Origin: Eledone cirrhosa
Taxonomy: Eukaryota
DNA length: 64,000 nucleotides
Assembly: GCA_964016885.1 (NCBI GenBank)
Contig: OZ024742.1
Span: 174,282,001-174,346,000 of the forward strand
Direction: 5' to 3'
Shown here: in pieces, positions 13,601-31,352 of the stretch
How positions within the stretch are numbered: the stretch's first letter is position 1
Layout of the letters: each line of letters begins with the position of its first letter
Translations under genes and position numbers: made by a program
The notes under the pieces: generated by a model
Database searches by the model: none
Seen by the model: the letters and a program-made list of their open reading frames with translations, nothing else
What the model was told of the DNA's origin: nothing

Positions 13601-16600
13601 CAACAGTAACAGTAACAACAACAACACTAACAGTAACAACAACACTAACAGTAACAACAACAACACTAACAGTAACAACAACAACAGTAACAGTAACAAC
13701 AACAACAGTAACAGTAACAACAACAACACTAACAGTAACAACAACACTAACAGTAACAACAACAACATTAACAGTAACAACAACAACACTAACAGTAACA
13801 ACAACAGCAGTAACAGTAACAACAACAACACTAACAGTAACAACAACAACACTAACAGTAACAACAACAACACTAACAGTAACAACAACAACACTAACAG
13901 TAACAACAACAACACTAACAGTAACAACAACAACATTAACAGTAACAACAACAGCATTAACAGTAACAACAACAACACTAACAGTAACAACAACAACATT
14001 AACAGTAACAACAACAACATTAACAGTAACAACAACAACAGTAACAGTAACAACAACAACAGTAACAGTAACAACAACAACACTAACAGTAACAACAACA
14101 ACACTAACAGTAACAACAACAACTCTAACAGTAACAACAACAACATTAACAGTAACAACAACAGCATTAACAGTAACAACAACAACACTAACAGTAACAA
14201 CAACAACATTAACAGTAACAACAACAACATTAACAGTAACAACAACAACATTAACAGTAACAACAACAACATTAACAGTAACAACAACAACACTAACAGT
14301 AACAACAACAACAGTAACAGTAACAACAACAACACTAACAGTAACAACAACAACACTAACAGTAACAACAACAACATTAACAGTAACAACAACAACATTA
14401 ACAGTAACAACAACAACACTAACAGTAACAACAACAACACTAACAGTAACAACAACAACACTAACAGTAACAACAACAAGACTAACAGTAACAACAACAA
14501 CACTAACAGTAACAACAACAACACTAACAGTAACAACAACAACACTAACAGTAACAACAACAACACTAACAGTAACAACAACAACAGTAACAGTAACAAC
14601 AACAACATTAACAGTAACAACAACAGCATTAACAGTAACAACAACAACAGTAACAGTAACAACAACAACATTAACAGTAAAAACAACAACACTAACAGTA
14701 ACAACAACAACAGTAACAGTAACAACAACAACACTAACAGTAACAACAACAACTCTAACAGTAACAACAACAACATTAACAGTAACAACAACAACACTAA
14801 CAGTAACAACAACAACACTAACAGTAACAACAACAACACTAACAGTAACAACAACAACAGTAACAGTAACAACAACAACATTAACAGTAACAACAACAAC
14901 ATTAACAGTAACAACAACAACAGTAACAGTAACAACAACAACAGTAACAGTAACAACAACAACAGTAACAGTAACAACAACAACACTAACAGTAACAACA
15001 ACAACACTAACAGTAACAACAACAACACTAACAGTAACAACAACAACACTAACAGTAACAACAACATTAACAGTAACAACAACAACATTAACAGTAACAA
15101 CAACAACAGTAACAGTAACAACAACAACATTAACAGTAACAACAACAACACTAACAGTAACAACAACAACAGTAACAGTAACAAAAACAACACTAACAGT
15201 AACAACAACAACACTAACAGTAACAACAACAACACTAACAGTAACAACAACAACATTAACAGTAACAACAACAACATTAACAGTAACAACAACAACAGTA
15301 ACAGTAACAACAACAACACTAACAGTAACAACAACAACATTAACAGTAACAACAACAACAACACTAACAGTAACAACAACAATATTAACAGTAACAACAA
15401 CAAAAGTAACAATAACAACAACAACACTAACAGTAACAACAACAACATTAACAGTAACAACAACAACAGTAACAGTAACAACAACAACACTAACAGTAAC
15501 AACAACAACATTAACAGTAACAACAACAACACTAACAGTAACAACAACAACACTAACAGTAACAACAACAACATTAACAGTAACAACAACAACAGTAACA
15601 GTAACAACAACAACACTAACAGTAACAACAACAACATTAACAGTAACAACAACAACAGTAACAGTAACAACAACAACAGTAACAGTAACAACAACAACAG
15701 TAACAGTAACAACAACAACACTAACAGTAACAACAACAACATTAACAGTAACAACAACAACACTAACAGTAACAACAACAACAGTAACAGTAACAACAAC
15801 AACACTAACAGTAACAACAACAACACTAACAGTAACAACAACAACAGTAACAGTAACAACAACAACAGTAACAGTAACAACAACAACACTAACATTAACA
15901 ACAACAACATTAACAGTAACAACAACAACAGTAACAGTAACAACAACAACACTAACAGTAACAACAACAACACTAACAGTAACAACAACAACACTAACAG
16001 TTAACAACAACAACATTAACAGTAAAAACAACAACACTAACAGTAAAAACAACAACACTAACAGTAACAACAACAACAGTAACAGTAACAACAACAACAC
16101 TAACAGTAACAACAACAACACTAACAGTAACAACAACAACAGTAACAGTAACAACAACAACACTAACAGTAACAACAACAACATTAACAGTAACAACAAC
16201 AACAGTAACAGTAACAACAACAACACTAACAGTAACAACAACAACACTAACAGTAACAACAACAACACTAACAGTAACAACAACAACATTAACAGTAAAA
16301 ACAACAACACTAACAGTAAAAACAACAACACTAACAGTAACAACAACAACAGTAACAGTAACAACAACAACACTAACAGTAACAACAACAACACTAACAG
16401 TAACAACAACAACACTAACAGTAACAACAACAGCACTAACAGTAACAACAACAACAGTAACAGTAACAACAACAACAGTAACAGTAACAACAACAACACT
16501 AACATTAACAACAACAACATTAACAGTAACAACAACAACACTAACAGTAACAACAACAACAGTAACAGTAACAACAACAACAGTAACAGTAACAACAACA

Positions 16601-19600
16601 ACAGTAACAGTAACAACAACAACACTAACAGTAACAACAACAACAGTAACAGTAACAACAACAACAGTAACAGTAACAACAACAACAGTAACAGTAACAA
16701 CAACAACACTAACATTAACAACAACAACATTAACAGTAACAACAACAACACTAACAGTAACAACAACAACACTAACAGTAACAACAACAACAGTAACAGT
16801 AACAACAACAACACTAACAGTAACAACAACAACACTAACAGTAACAACAACAACACTAACAGTAACAACAACAACATTAACAGTAAAAACAACAACACTA
16901 ACAGTAAAAACAACAACACTAACAGTAACAACAACAACAGTAACAGTAACAACAACAACAGTAACAGTAACAACAACAACACTAACAGTAACAACAACAC
17001 TAACAGTAACAACAACAACAGTAACAGTAACAACAACAACAGTAACAGTAACAACAACAACACTAACAGTAACAACAACAACAGTAACAGTAACAACAAC
17101 AACAGTAACAGTAACAACAACAACACTAACATTAACAACAACAACATTAACAGTAACAACAACAACAGTAACAGTAACAACAACAACAGTAACAGTAACA
17201 ACAACAACACTAACAGTAACAACAACAACACTAACAGTAACAACAACAACAGTAACAGTAACAACAACAACACTAACAGTAACAACAACAACAGTAACAG
17301 TAACAACAACAACATTAACAGTAAAAACAACAACACTAACAGTAAAAACAACAACACTAACAGTAAAAACAACAACATTAACAGTAACAACAACAACAAC
17401 ACTAACAGTAACAACAACAACACTAACAGTAACAACAACAACACTAACAGTAACAACAACAACACTAACAGTAACAACAACAACACTAACAGTAACAACA
17501 ACAACACTAACAGTAACAACAACAACACTAACAGTAACAACAACAGCACTAANNNNNNNNNNNNNNNNNNNNNNNNNNNNNNNNNNNNNNNNNNNNNNNN
17601 NNNNNNNNNNNNNNNNNNNNNNNNNNNNNNNNNNNNNNNNNNNNNNNNNNNNNNNNNNNNNNNNNNNNNNNNNNNNNNNNNNNNNNNNNNNNNNNNNNNN
17701 NNNNNNNNNNNNNNNNNNNNNNNNNNNNNNNNNNNNNNNNNNNNNNNNNNNNCAACAACAACATTAACAGTAACAACAACAACACTAACAGTAACAACAA
17801 CAACACTAACAGTAACAACAACAACACTAACAGTAACAACAACAACAGTAACAGTAACAACAACAACACTAACAGTAACAACAACAACCACTAACAGTAA
17901 CAACAACAACACTAACAGTAACAACAACAACACTAACAGTAACAACAACAACAGTAACAGTAACAACAACAACACTAACAGTAACAACAACAACACTAAC
18001 AGTAACAACAACATCACTAACAGTAACAACAACAACACATAACAGTAACAACAACAACAGTACAGTACAACAACATACTACAGTAACAACAACAACACTA
18101 ACAGTAACAACAACAACACTAACAGTAACAACAACAACAGTAACAGTAACAACAACAACACTAACAGTAACAACAACAACACTAACAGTAACAACAACAA
18201 CACTAACAGTAACAACAACAACACTAACAGTAACAACAACATCACTAACAGTAACAACAACAACACTAACAGTAACAACAACAACAGTAACAGTAACAAC
18301 AACAACACTAACAGCTAACATAACAACAACAACACTAACAGTAACAACAACACAACACTTAACAGTAACACAACAACACACTAACAGTAACAACAACAAC
18401 ACGTAACAGTAACAACAACAACAGCTAACAGTAACCAACAACAACACTACAGTAACAACACAACATAACAACAACAACACTAACAGTAACAACAACAACA
18501 TAAAGTAACAACAACAACATAACAGTAACAACAACAACACTAACAGTAACAACAACAACATAACAGTAACAACAACAACACTAACAGTAACAACAACAAC
18601 ACTAACAGTAACAACAACAACACTAACAGTAACAACAACAACACTAACAGTAACAACAACAACACTAACAGTAACAACAACAACAGCGTAACAGTAACAA
18701 CAACAACACTAACAGTAACAACAACAACACTAACAGTAACAACAACAACACTAACAGTAACAACAACAACACTAACAGTAACAACAACAACACTAACAGT
18801 AACAACAACAACACTACAGTAACAACAACAACACTAACAGTAACAACAACAACACTAACAGTAACAACAACAACACTAACAGTAACAACAACAACACTAA
18901 CAGTAACAACAACAACACGTAACAGTAACAACAACAACACTAACAGTAACAACAACAACACTAACAGTAACAACAACACACTAACAGTAACAACAACAAC
19001 AACACTAACAGTAACAACAACAACAGTAACAGTAACAACAACAACACTAACAGTAACAACAACAACACTAACAGTAACAACAACAACACTAACAGTAACA
19101 ACAACAACATAATAACAACAACAACATTAACAGTAACAACAACAACAGTAACAGTAACAACAACAACATTAACAGTAACAACAACAACATAACAGTAACA
19201 ACAACAACAGTAACAGTAACAACAACAACACTAACAGTAACAACAACAACACGTAACAGTAACAACAACAACATTAACAGTAACAACAACAACACTAACA
19301 GTAACAACAACAACAGTAACAGTAACAACAACAACAGCTAACAGTAACAACAACAACACTAACAGTAACAACAACAACACTAACAGTAACAACAACAACA
19401 CTAACAGTAACAACAACAACACTAACAGTAACAACAACAACATAACAGTAACAACAACAACACAAACAGTAACAACAACAACATTAACAGTAACAACAAC
19501 AACACTAACAGTAACAACAACAACAGTAACAGTAACAACAACAACATAACAGTAACAACAACAACATTAACAGTAACAACAACAACACTAACAGTAACAA

Positions 19601-22600
19601 CAACAACACTTAACAGTAACAACAACAACACTAACAGTAACAACAACAACAGTAACAGTAACAACAACAACACTAACAGTAACAAACAACAACACTAACA
19701 GTAACAACAACACTAACAGTAACAACAACAACACTAACAGTAACAACAACAACACTAACAGTAACAACAACAACACTAACAGTAACAACAACAACAGTAA
19801 CAGTAACAACAACAACAGTAACAACAACAACATTAACAGTAACAACAACAACACTAACAGTAACAACAACAACAGTAACAGTAACAACAACAACACTTAA
19901 CAGTAACAACAACAACATAACAGTAACAACAACAACAGTAACAGTAACAACAACAACACTAACAGTAACAACACAACTAACAACAACACAGTAACAGTAA
20001 CAACAACAACACTAACAGTAACAACAACAACAGTAAACAGTAACAACAACACAGTAACAGTAACAACAACAACACTAACAGTAACAACAACAACACTACA
20101 GTAACAACAACAACAGTAACAGTAACAACAACAACACTAACAGTAACAACAAACAACACTAACAGTAACAACAACAACATAACAGTAACAACAACAACAG
20201 TAACAGTAACAACAACAACACTAACAGTAACAACAACAACACTAACAGTAACAACAACAACACTAACAGTAACAACAACAACAGTAACAGTAACAACAAC
20301 AACACTAACAGTAACAACAACAACACTAACAGTAACAACAACAACACTAACAGTAACAACAACAACACTAACAGTAACAACAACAACATTAACAGTAACA
20401 ACAACAACATTAACAGTAACAACACAACACTAACAGTACACAACAACACTAACAGTAACAACAACAACACTAACAGTAACAACAACAACACTAACAGTAA
20501 CAACAACAACACTAACAGTAACAACAACAACATTAACAGTAACAACAACAAATAACAGTAACAACAACACACTAACAGTAACAACAACAACACTAACAGT
20601 AACAACAACAACATTAACAGTAACAACAACAACATTAACAGTAACAACAACAACAGTAACAGTAACAACAACAACACTTAACAGTAACAACAACAACATT
20701 AACAGTAACAACAACAACAGTAACAGTAACAACAAACAACATAACAGTAACAACAACAACATTAACAGTAACAACAACAACAGTAACAGTAACAACAACA
20801 ACATTAACAGTAACAACAACAACAGTAACAGTAACAACAACAACACTAACAGTAACAACAACAACACTAACAGTAACAACAACAACACTAACAGTAACAA
20901 CAACAACACTAACAGTAACAACAACAACACTAACAGTAACAACAACAACATTAACAGTAACAACAACAACATTAACAGTAACAACAACAACAGTAACAGT
21001 AACAACAACAACACTAACAGTAACAACAACAACACTAACAGTAACAACAACAACAGTAACAGTAACAACAACACTAACAGTAACAACAACAACACTAACA
21101 GTAACAACAACAACACTAACAGTAACAACAACAACAGTAACAGTAACAACAACAACAGTAACAACAACAACATTAACAGTAACAACAACAACACTAACAG
21201 TAACAACAACAACACTAACAGTAACAACAACAACAGTAACAACAACAACATAACAGTAACAACAACAACACTAACAGTACAACAACAACACTAACAGTAA
21301 CAACAACAACAGTAACAGTAACAACAACATTAACAGTAACAACAACAACAGTAACAGTAACAACAACATTAACAGTAACAACAACAACAGTAACAGTAAC
21401 AACAACAACATTAACAGTAACAACAACAACACTAACAGTAACAACAACAACACTAACAGTAACAACCAGTAACAACAACAACATTAACAGTAACAACAAC
21501 AACAGTAACAGTAACAACAACATTAACAGTAACAACAACAACACTAACAGTAACAACAACAATTAACAGTAACAACAACAACACTAACAGTAACAACAAC
21601 ACTTAACAGTAACAACAACAACAGTAACAGTAACAACAACAACATTAACAGTAACAACAACAACACTAACAGTAACAACAACAACACTAACAGTAACAAC
21701 AACAACATTAACAGTAACAACAACACTAACAGTAACAACAACAACAGTAACAGTAACAACAACACTAACAGTAACAACAACAACAGTAACAGTAACAACA
21801 ACATTAACAGTAACAACAACAACACTAACAGTAACAACAACAACAGTAACAATAACAACAACAACATTAACAGTAACAACAACAGCATTAACAGTAACAA
21901 CAACAACAGTAACAGTAACAACAACAACATTAACAGTAACAACAACAACAGTAACAGTAACAACAACAACACTAACAGTAACAACAGCAACACTAACAGT
22001 AACAACAACAACAGTAACAGTAACAACAACAACACTAACAGTAACAACAACAACACTAACAGTAACAACAACAACACTAACAGTAACAACAACAACACTA
22101 ACAGTAACAACAACAACACTAACAGTAACAACAACAACAGTAACAGTAACAACAACAACAGTAACAGTAACAACAACAACATTAACAGTAACAACAACAA
22201 CACTAACAGTAACAACAACAACACTAACAGTAACAACAACAACTATTAACAGTAACAACAGCACTAACAGTAACAACAACAACACTAACAGTAACAACAA
22301 CAACACTAACAGTAACAACAACAACAGTAACAGTAACAACAACAACACTAACAGTAACAACAACAACACTAACAGTAACAACAACAACACTAACAGTAAC
22401 AACAACAACACTAACAGTAACAACAACAACACTAACAGTAACAACAACAACATTAACAGTAACAACAACAACACTAACAGTAACAACAACAACACTAACA
22501 GTAACAACAACAACAACACTAACAGTAACAACAACAACACTAACAGTAACAACAACAACAGTAACAGTAACAACAACAACACTAACAGTAACAACAACAA

Positions 22601-25600
22601 CATTAACAGTAACAACAACAACACTAACAGTAACAACAACAACAGTAACAGTAACAACAACAACACTGACACTAACAACAACAACATTAACAGTAACAAC
22701 AACAACAGTAACAGTAACAACAACAACAACAGTAACAGTAACAACAACAACACTAACAGTAACAACAACAACACTAACAGTAACAACAACAACACTAACA
22801 GTAACAACAACAACACTAACAGTAACAACAACAACACTAACAGTAACAACAACAACACTAACAGTAACAACAACAACAGTAACAGTAACAACAACAACAC
22901 TGACACTAACAACAACAACACTAACAGTAACAACAACAACAGTAACAGTAACAACAACAACAACAACACTGACACTAACAACAACAACACTAACAGTAAC
23001 AACAACAACAGTAACAGTAACAACAACAACACTAACAGTAACAACAACAACACTAACAGTAACAACAACAACACTAACAGTAACAACAACAACAGTAACA
23101 GTAACAACAACAACACTAACAGTAACAACAACAACACTAACAGTAACAACAACAACAGTAACAGTAACAACAACAACACTAACAGTAACAACAACAACAG
23201 TAACAGTAACAACAACAACAGTAACAGTAACAACAACAACACTGACACTAACAACAACAACACTAACAGTAACAACAACAACAGTAACAGTAACAACAAC
23301 AACACTAACAGTAACAACAACATCACTAACAGTAACAACAACAACATTAACAGTAACAACAACAACACTAACAGTAACAACAACAACACTAACAGTAACA
23401 ACAACAACAGTAACAGTAACAACAACAACACTAACAGTAACAACAACAACATTAACAGTAACAACAACAACAGTAACAACAACAACATTAACAGTAACAA
23501 CAACAACATTAACAGTAACAACAACAACACTAACAGTAACAACAACAACAGTAACAGTAACAACAACAACACTAACAGTAACAACAACATCACTAACAGT
23601 AACAACAACAACATTAACAGTAACAACAACAACACTAACAGTAACAACAACAACACTAACAGTAACAACAACAACAGTAACAGTAACAACAACAACACTA
23701 ACAGTAACAACAACAACATTAACAGTAACAACAACAACAGTAACAACAACAACATCACTAACAGTAACAACAACAACAGTAACAGTAACAACAGCAACAC
23801 TAACAGTAACAACAACAACATTAACAGTAACAACAACAACACTAACAGTAACAACAACAACACTAACAGTAACAACAACAACACTAACAGTAACAACAAC
23901 AACAGTAACAGTAACAACAACAACAGTAACAGTAACAACAACAACACTAACAGTAACAACAACAACAGTAACAGTAACAACAACAACACTAACAGTAACA
24001 ACAACAACAGTAACAGTAACAACAACAACATTAACAGTAACAACAACAACACTAACAGTAACAACAACAACAGTAACAGTAACAACAACAACATTAACAG
24101 TAACAACAACAACACTAACAGTAACAACAACAACAGTAACAGTAACAACAACAACATTAACAGTAACAACAACAACACTAACAGTAACAACAACAACAGT
24201 AACAGTAACAACAACAACATTAACAGTAACAACAACAACAGTAACAGTAACAACAACAACACTAACAGTAACAACAACAACACTAACAGTAACAACAACA
24301 ACACTAACAGTAACAACAACAACATTAACAGTAACAACAACAACATTAACAGTAACAACAACAACACTAACAGTAACAACAACAACACTAACAGTAACAA
24401 CAACATCACTAACAGTAACAACAACATCACTAACAGTAACAACAACAACACTAACAGTAACAACAACAACATTAACAGTAACAACAACAACACTAACAGT
24501 AACAACAACAACACTAACAGTAACAACAACAACATTAACAGTAACAACAACATCACTAACAGTAACAACAACATCACTAACAGTAACAACAACATCACTA
24601 ACAGTAACAACAACAACAGTAACAGTAACAACAACAACATTAACAGTAACAACAACAACACTAACAGTAACAACAACAACACTAACAGTAACAACAACAA
24701 CACTAACAGTAACAACAACAACACTAACAGTAACAACAACAACATTAACAGTAACAACAACATCACTAACAGTAACAACAACATCACTAACAGTAACAAC
24801 AACATCACTAACAGTAACAACAACAACAGTAACAGTAACAACAACAACATTAACAGTAACAACAACAACACTAACAGTAACAACAACAACACTAACAGTA
24901 ACAACAACAACACTAACAGTAACAACAACAACACTAACAGTAACAACAACAACATTAACAGTAACAACAACAACACTAACAGTAACAACAACAACACTAA
25001 CAGTAACAACAACAACATTAACAGTAACAACAACAACATTAACAGTAACAACAACAACACTAACAGTAACAACAACAACACTAACAGTAACAACAACAAC
25101 ACTAACAGTAACAACAACATCACTAACAGTAACAACAACAACACTAACAGTAACAACAACAACATTAACAGTAACAACAACAACACTAACAGTAACAACA
25201 ACAACACTAACAGTAACAACAACACTAACAGTAACAACAACACTAACAGTAACAACAACAACACTAACAGTAACAACAACACTAACAGTAACAACAACAA
25301 CACTAACAGTAACAACAACAACACTAACAGTAACAACAACACTAACAGTAACAACAACAACACTAACAGTAACAACAACAACACTAACAGTAACAACAAC
25401 AACACTAACAGTAACAACAACAACATTAACAGTAACAACAACAACACTAACAGTAACAACAACAACATTAACAGTAACAACAACAACATTAACAGTAACA
25501 ACAACAACATTAACAGTAACAACAACAACAGTAACAGTAGCAACAACAACACTAACAGTAACAACAACAACACTAACAGTAACAACAACAACACTAACAG

Positions 25601-28600
25601 TAACAACAACAACATTAACAGTAACAACAACAACATTAACAGTAACAACAACAACATTAACAGTAACAACAACAACATTAACAGTAACAACAACAACATT
25701 AACAGTAACAACAACAACATTAACAGTAACAACAACAACAGTAACAGTAACAACAACAACACTAACAGTAACAACAACAACAGTAACAGTAACAACAACA
25801 ACAGTAACAGTAACAACAACAACACTAACAGTAACAACAACATCACTAACAGTAACAACAACAACACTAACAGTAACAACAACAACACTAACAGTAACAA
25901 CAACAACACTAACAGTAACAACAACAACACTAACAGTAACAACAACATCACTAACAGTAACAACAACAACACTAACAGTAACAACAACAACAGTAGCAGT
26001 AACAACAACAACACTAACAGTAACAACAACAACACTAACAGTAACAACAACAACACTAACAGTAACAACAACAACACTAACAGTAACAACAACAACAGTA
26101 ACAGTAACAACAACAACACTAACAGTAACAACAACAACAGTAACAGTAACAACAACAACACTAACAGTAACAACAACAACAGTAACAGTAACAACAACAA
26201 CACTAACAGTAACAACAACAACAGTAACAGTAACAACAACAACAGTAACAGTAACAACAACAACACTAACAGTAACAACAACAACACTAACAGTAACAAC
26301 AACAACACTAACAGTAACAACAACAACAGTAACAGTAACAACAACAACACTAACAGTAACAACAACAACAGTAACAGTAACAACAACAACACTAACAGTA
26401 ACAACAACAACAGTAACAGTAACAACAACAACACTAACAGTAACAACAACAACAGTAACAGTAACAACAACAACAGTAACAGTAACAACAACAACACTAA
26501 CAGTAACAACAACAACACTAACAGTAACAACAACAACATTAACAGTAACAACAACAACATTAACAGTAACAACAACAACATTAACAGTAACAACAACAAC
26601 AGTAACAGTAACAACAACAACAGTAACAGTAACAACAACAACACTAACAGTAACAACAACAACACTAACAGTAACAACAACAACACTAACAGTAACAACA
26701 ACAACAGTAACAGTAACAACAACAACACTAACAGTAACAACAACAACAGTAACAGTAACAACAACATCACTAACAGTAACAACAACAACACTAACAGTAA
26801 CAACAACAACAGTAACAGTAACAACAACAACATTAACAGTAACAACAACAACATTAACAGTAACAACAACAACATTAACAGTAACAACAACACTAACAGT
26901 AACAACAACAACACTAACAGTAACAACAACAACATTAACAGTAACAACAACAACATTAACAGTAACAACAACAACACTAACAGTAACAACAACAACACTA
27001 ACAGTAACAACAACAACATTAACAGTAACAACAACAACAGTAACAGTAACAACAACAACACTAACAGTAACAACAACAACAGTAACAGTAACAACAACAA
27101 CAGTAACAGTAACAACAACAACACTAACAGTAACAACAACAACAGTAACAGTAACAACAACAACAGTAACAGTAACAACAACAACACTAACAGTAACAAC
27201 AACAACAGTAACAGTAACAACAACAACACTAACAGTAACAACAACAACAGTAACAGTAACAACAACAACACTAACAGTAACAACAACAACAGTAACAGTA
27301 ACAACAACAACACTAACAGTAACAACAACAACAGTAACAGTAACAACAACAACAGTAACAGTAACAACAACAACACTAACAGTAACAACAACAACAGTAA
27401 CAGTAACAACAACAACACTAACAGTAACAACAACAACAGTAACAGTAACAACAACAACAGTAACAGTAACAACAACAACAGTAACAGTAACAACAACAAC
27501 AGTAACAGTAACAACAACAACAGTAACAGTAACAACAACAACACTAACAGTAACAACAACAACAGTAACAGTAACAACAACAACACTAACAGTAACAACA
27601 ACAACAGTAACAGTAACAACAACAACACTAACAGTAACAACAACAACAGTAACAGTAACAACAACAACAGTAACAGTAACAACAACAACGGTAACAGTAA
27701 CAACAACAACAGTAACAGTAACAACAACAACAGTAACAGTAACAACAACAACACTAACAGTAACAACAACAACAGTAACATTAACAACAACAACAGTAAC
27801 AGTAACAACAACAACAGTAACAGTAACAACAACAACACTAACAGTAACAACAACAACAGTAACAGTAACAACAACAACACTAACAGTAACAACAACAACA
27901 GTAACAGTAACAACAACAACACTAACAGTAACAACAACAACAGTAACAGTAACAACAACAACAGTAACAGTAACAACAACAACACTAACAGTAACAACAA
28001 CAACAGTAACAGTAACAACAACAACACTAACAGTAACAACAACAACAGTAACAGTAACAACAACAACACTAACAGTAACAACAACAACACTAACAGTAAC
28101 AACAACAACACTAACAGTAACAACAACAACACTAACAGTAACAACAACAACAGTAACAGTAACAACAACAACACTAACAGTAACAACAACAACACTAACA
28201 GTAACAACAACAACAGTAACAGTAACAACAACAACATTAACAGTAACAACAACAACACTAACAGTAACAACAACAACACTAACAGTAACAACAACAACAT
28301 TAACAGTAACAACAACAACATTAACAGTAACAACAACAACACTAACAGTAACAACAACAACACTAACAGTAACAACAACAACAGTAACAGTAACAACAAC
28401 AACACTAACAGTAACAACAACAACACTAACAGTAACAACAACAACAGTAACAGTAACAACAACAACATTAACAGTAACAACAACAACATTAACAGTAACA
28501 ACAACAACACTAACAGTAACAACAACAACACTAACAGTAACAACAACAACAGTAACAGTAACAACAACAACACTAACAGTAACAACAACAACACTAACAG

Positions 28601-31180
28601 TAACAACAACAACAGTAACAGTAACAACAACAACATTAACAGCAACAACAACATCACTAACAGTAACAACAACAACACTAACAGTAACAACAACAACATT
28701 AACAGTAACAACAACAACATTAACAGTAACAACAACAACACTAACAGTAACAACAACAACAGTAACAGTAACAACAACAACACTAACAGTAACAACAACA
28801 TCACTAACAGTAACAACAACAACATTAACAGTAACAACAACAACACTAACAGTAACAACAACAACAGTAACAGTAACAACAACAACACTAACAGTAACAA
28901 CAACAACACTAACAGTAACAACAACAACAGTAACAGTAACAACAACAACACTAACAGTAACAACAACATCACTAACAGTAACAACAACAACATTAACAGT
29001 AACAACAACAACAGTAACAGTAACAACAACAACATTAACAGTAACAACAACAACACTAACAGTAACAACAACAACAGTAACAGTAACAACAACAACATTA
29101 ACAGTAACAACAACAACAGTAACAGTAACAATAACAACACTAACAGTAACAACAACAACAGTAACAGTAACAACAACAACACTAACAGTAACAACAACAA
29201 CACTAACAGTAACAACAACAACACTAACAGTAACAACAACAACAGTAACAGTAACAACAACAACAGTAACAGTAACAACAACAACACTAACAGTAACAAC
29301 AACAACACTAACAGTAACAACAACAACATTAACAGTAACAACAACAACATTAACAGTAACAACAACAACACTAACAGTAACAACAACAACAGTAACAGTA
29401 ACAACAACAACACTAACAGTAACAACAACATCACTAACAGTAACAACAACAACATTAACAGTAACAACAACAACACTAACAGTAACAACAACAACAGTAA
29501 CAGTAACAACAACAACACTAACAGTAACAACAACAACAGTAACAGTAACAATAACAACACTAACAGTAACAACAACAACAGTAACAGTAACAACAACAAC
29601 ACTAACAGTAACAACAACAACACTAACAGTAACAACAACAACACTAACAGTAACAACAACAACAGTAACAGTAACAACAACAACAGTAACAGTAACAACA
29701 ACAACACTAACAGTAACAACAACAACACTAACAGTAACAACAACAACAGTAACATTAACAACAACAACACTAACAGTAACAACAACAACACTAACAGTAA
29801 CAACAACATCACTAACAGTAACAACAACAACAGTAACAGTAACAACAACAACAGTAACAGTAACAACAACAACACTAACAGTAACAACAACAACACTAAC
29901 AGTAACAACAACAACAGTAACATTAACAACAACAACACTAACAGTAACAACAACAACATTAACAGTAACAACAACCACACTAACAGTAACAACAACAACA
30001 CTAACAGTAACAACAACAACACTAACAGTAACAACAACAACATTAACAGTAACAACAACAACACTAACAGTAACAACAACAACACTAACAGTAACAACAA
30101 CAACACTAACAGTAACAACAACAACACTAACAGTAACAACAACAACAGTAACAGTAACAACAACAACACTAACAGTAACAACAACAACACTAACAGTAAC
30201 AACAACATCACTAACAGTAACAACAACAACACTAACAGTAACAACAACAACAGTAACAGTAACAACAACAACACTAATAGTAACAACAACAACACTAACA
30301 GTAACAACAACATCACTAACAGTAACAACAACAACACTAACAGTAACAACAACAACATTAACAGCAACAACAACAACACTAACAGTAACAACAACAACAC
30401 TAACAGTAACAACAACAACAGTAACAGTAACAACAACAACACTAACAGTAACAACAACAACACTAACAGTAACAACAACATCACTAACAGTAACAACAAC
30501 AACAGTAACAGTAACAACAACAACATTAACAGCAACAACAACAACACTAACAGTAACAACAACAACACTAACAGTAACAACAACAACAGTAACAGTAACA
30601 ACAACAACACTAACAGTAACAACAACAACAGTAACAGTAACAACAACAACACTAACAGTAACAACAACAACACTAACAGTAACAACAACAACAGTAACAG
30701 TAACAACAACAACACTAACAGTAACAACAACAACAGTAACAGTAACAACAACAACACTAACAGTAACAACAACAACACTAACAGTAACAACAACAACAGT
30801 AACAGTAACAACAACAACACTAACAGTAACAACAACAACATTAACAGTAACAACAACACTAACAGTAACAACAACAACAGTAACAGTAACAACAACACTA
30901 ACAGTAACAACAACAACAGTAACAGTAACAACAACAACATTAACAGTAACAACAACAACACTAACAGTAACAACAACAACACTAACAGTAACAACAACAA
31001 CACTAACAGTAACAACAACAACACTAACAGTAACAACAACAACAGTAACAGTAACAACAACACTAACAGTAACAACAACAATAGTAACAACCATATCAAC
31101 GACAATATTAGTAACAACAGACAATGGCAACAACAATAATATCCACTACAGTAATAGTAACAACAATAACAGTAACCAGC
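4626..31180. repeat. Giant 21-bp minisatellite (ACAACAACAACA[C/T/G]TAACAGTA)n, ~26.5 kb, roughly 1250 units
   Basis: Direct reading; degenerate edges at both ends; unit count estimated as length/21. Confidence 0.98.
17553..17752. other. Assembly gap (200 N) inside the minisatellite
   Basis: N run; true array length unknown. Confidence 1.
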
Positions 31181-31352
31181 AACACACATGCCATACATTG
31201 ACCCTAGTTTGGGTGTATTTCTTTAGAAATACCCTGTGTATTTCTTTAGAAATACCCTTTCTTTGCAAACTTGTCAAAATCAGATCTGGTCATATGAAAC
31301 AAAATTCCCTAATTTTGTATGAGAATCATATAAGTTACTATGTTGTTAACGA

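Noticed and set aside
17880-21610. Zone of dense single-base indels that looks like a diverged sub-array
   Set aside because: It follows the gap and the errors are scattered 1-nt indels, typical of unpolished long-read sequence
4626-31180. CRISPR-like or telomeric array
   Set aside because: No unique spacers, no cas genes, no TTAGGG-type unit; eukaryotic context
4666-31198. Giant minus-strand poly-Leu and poly-Val ORFs (up to 3204 aa)
   Set aside because: Stop-free by repeat composition; implausible proteins that switch frame at indels and run through the N gap
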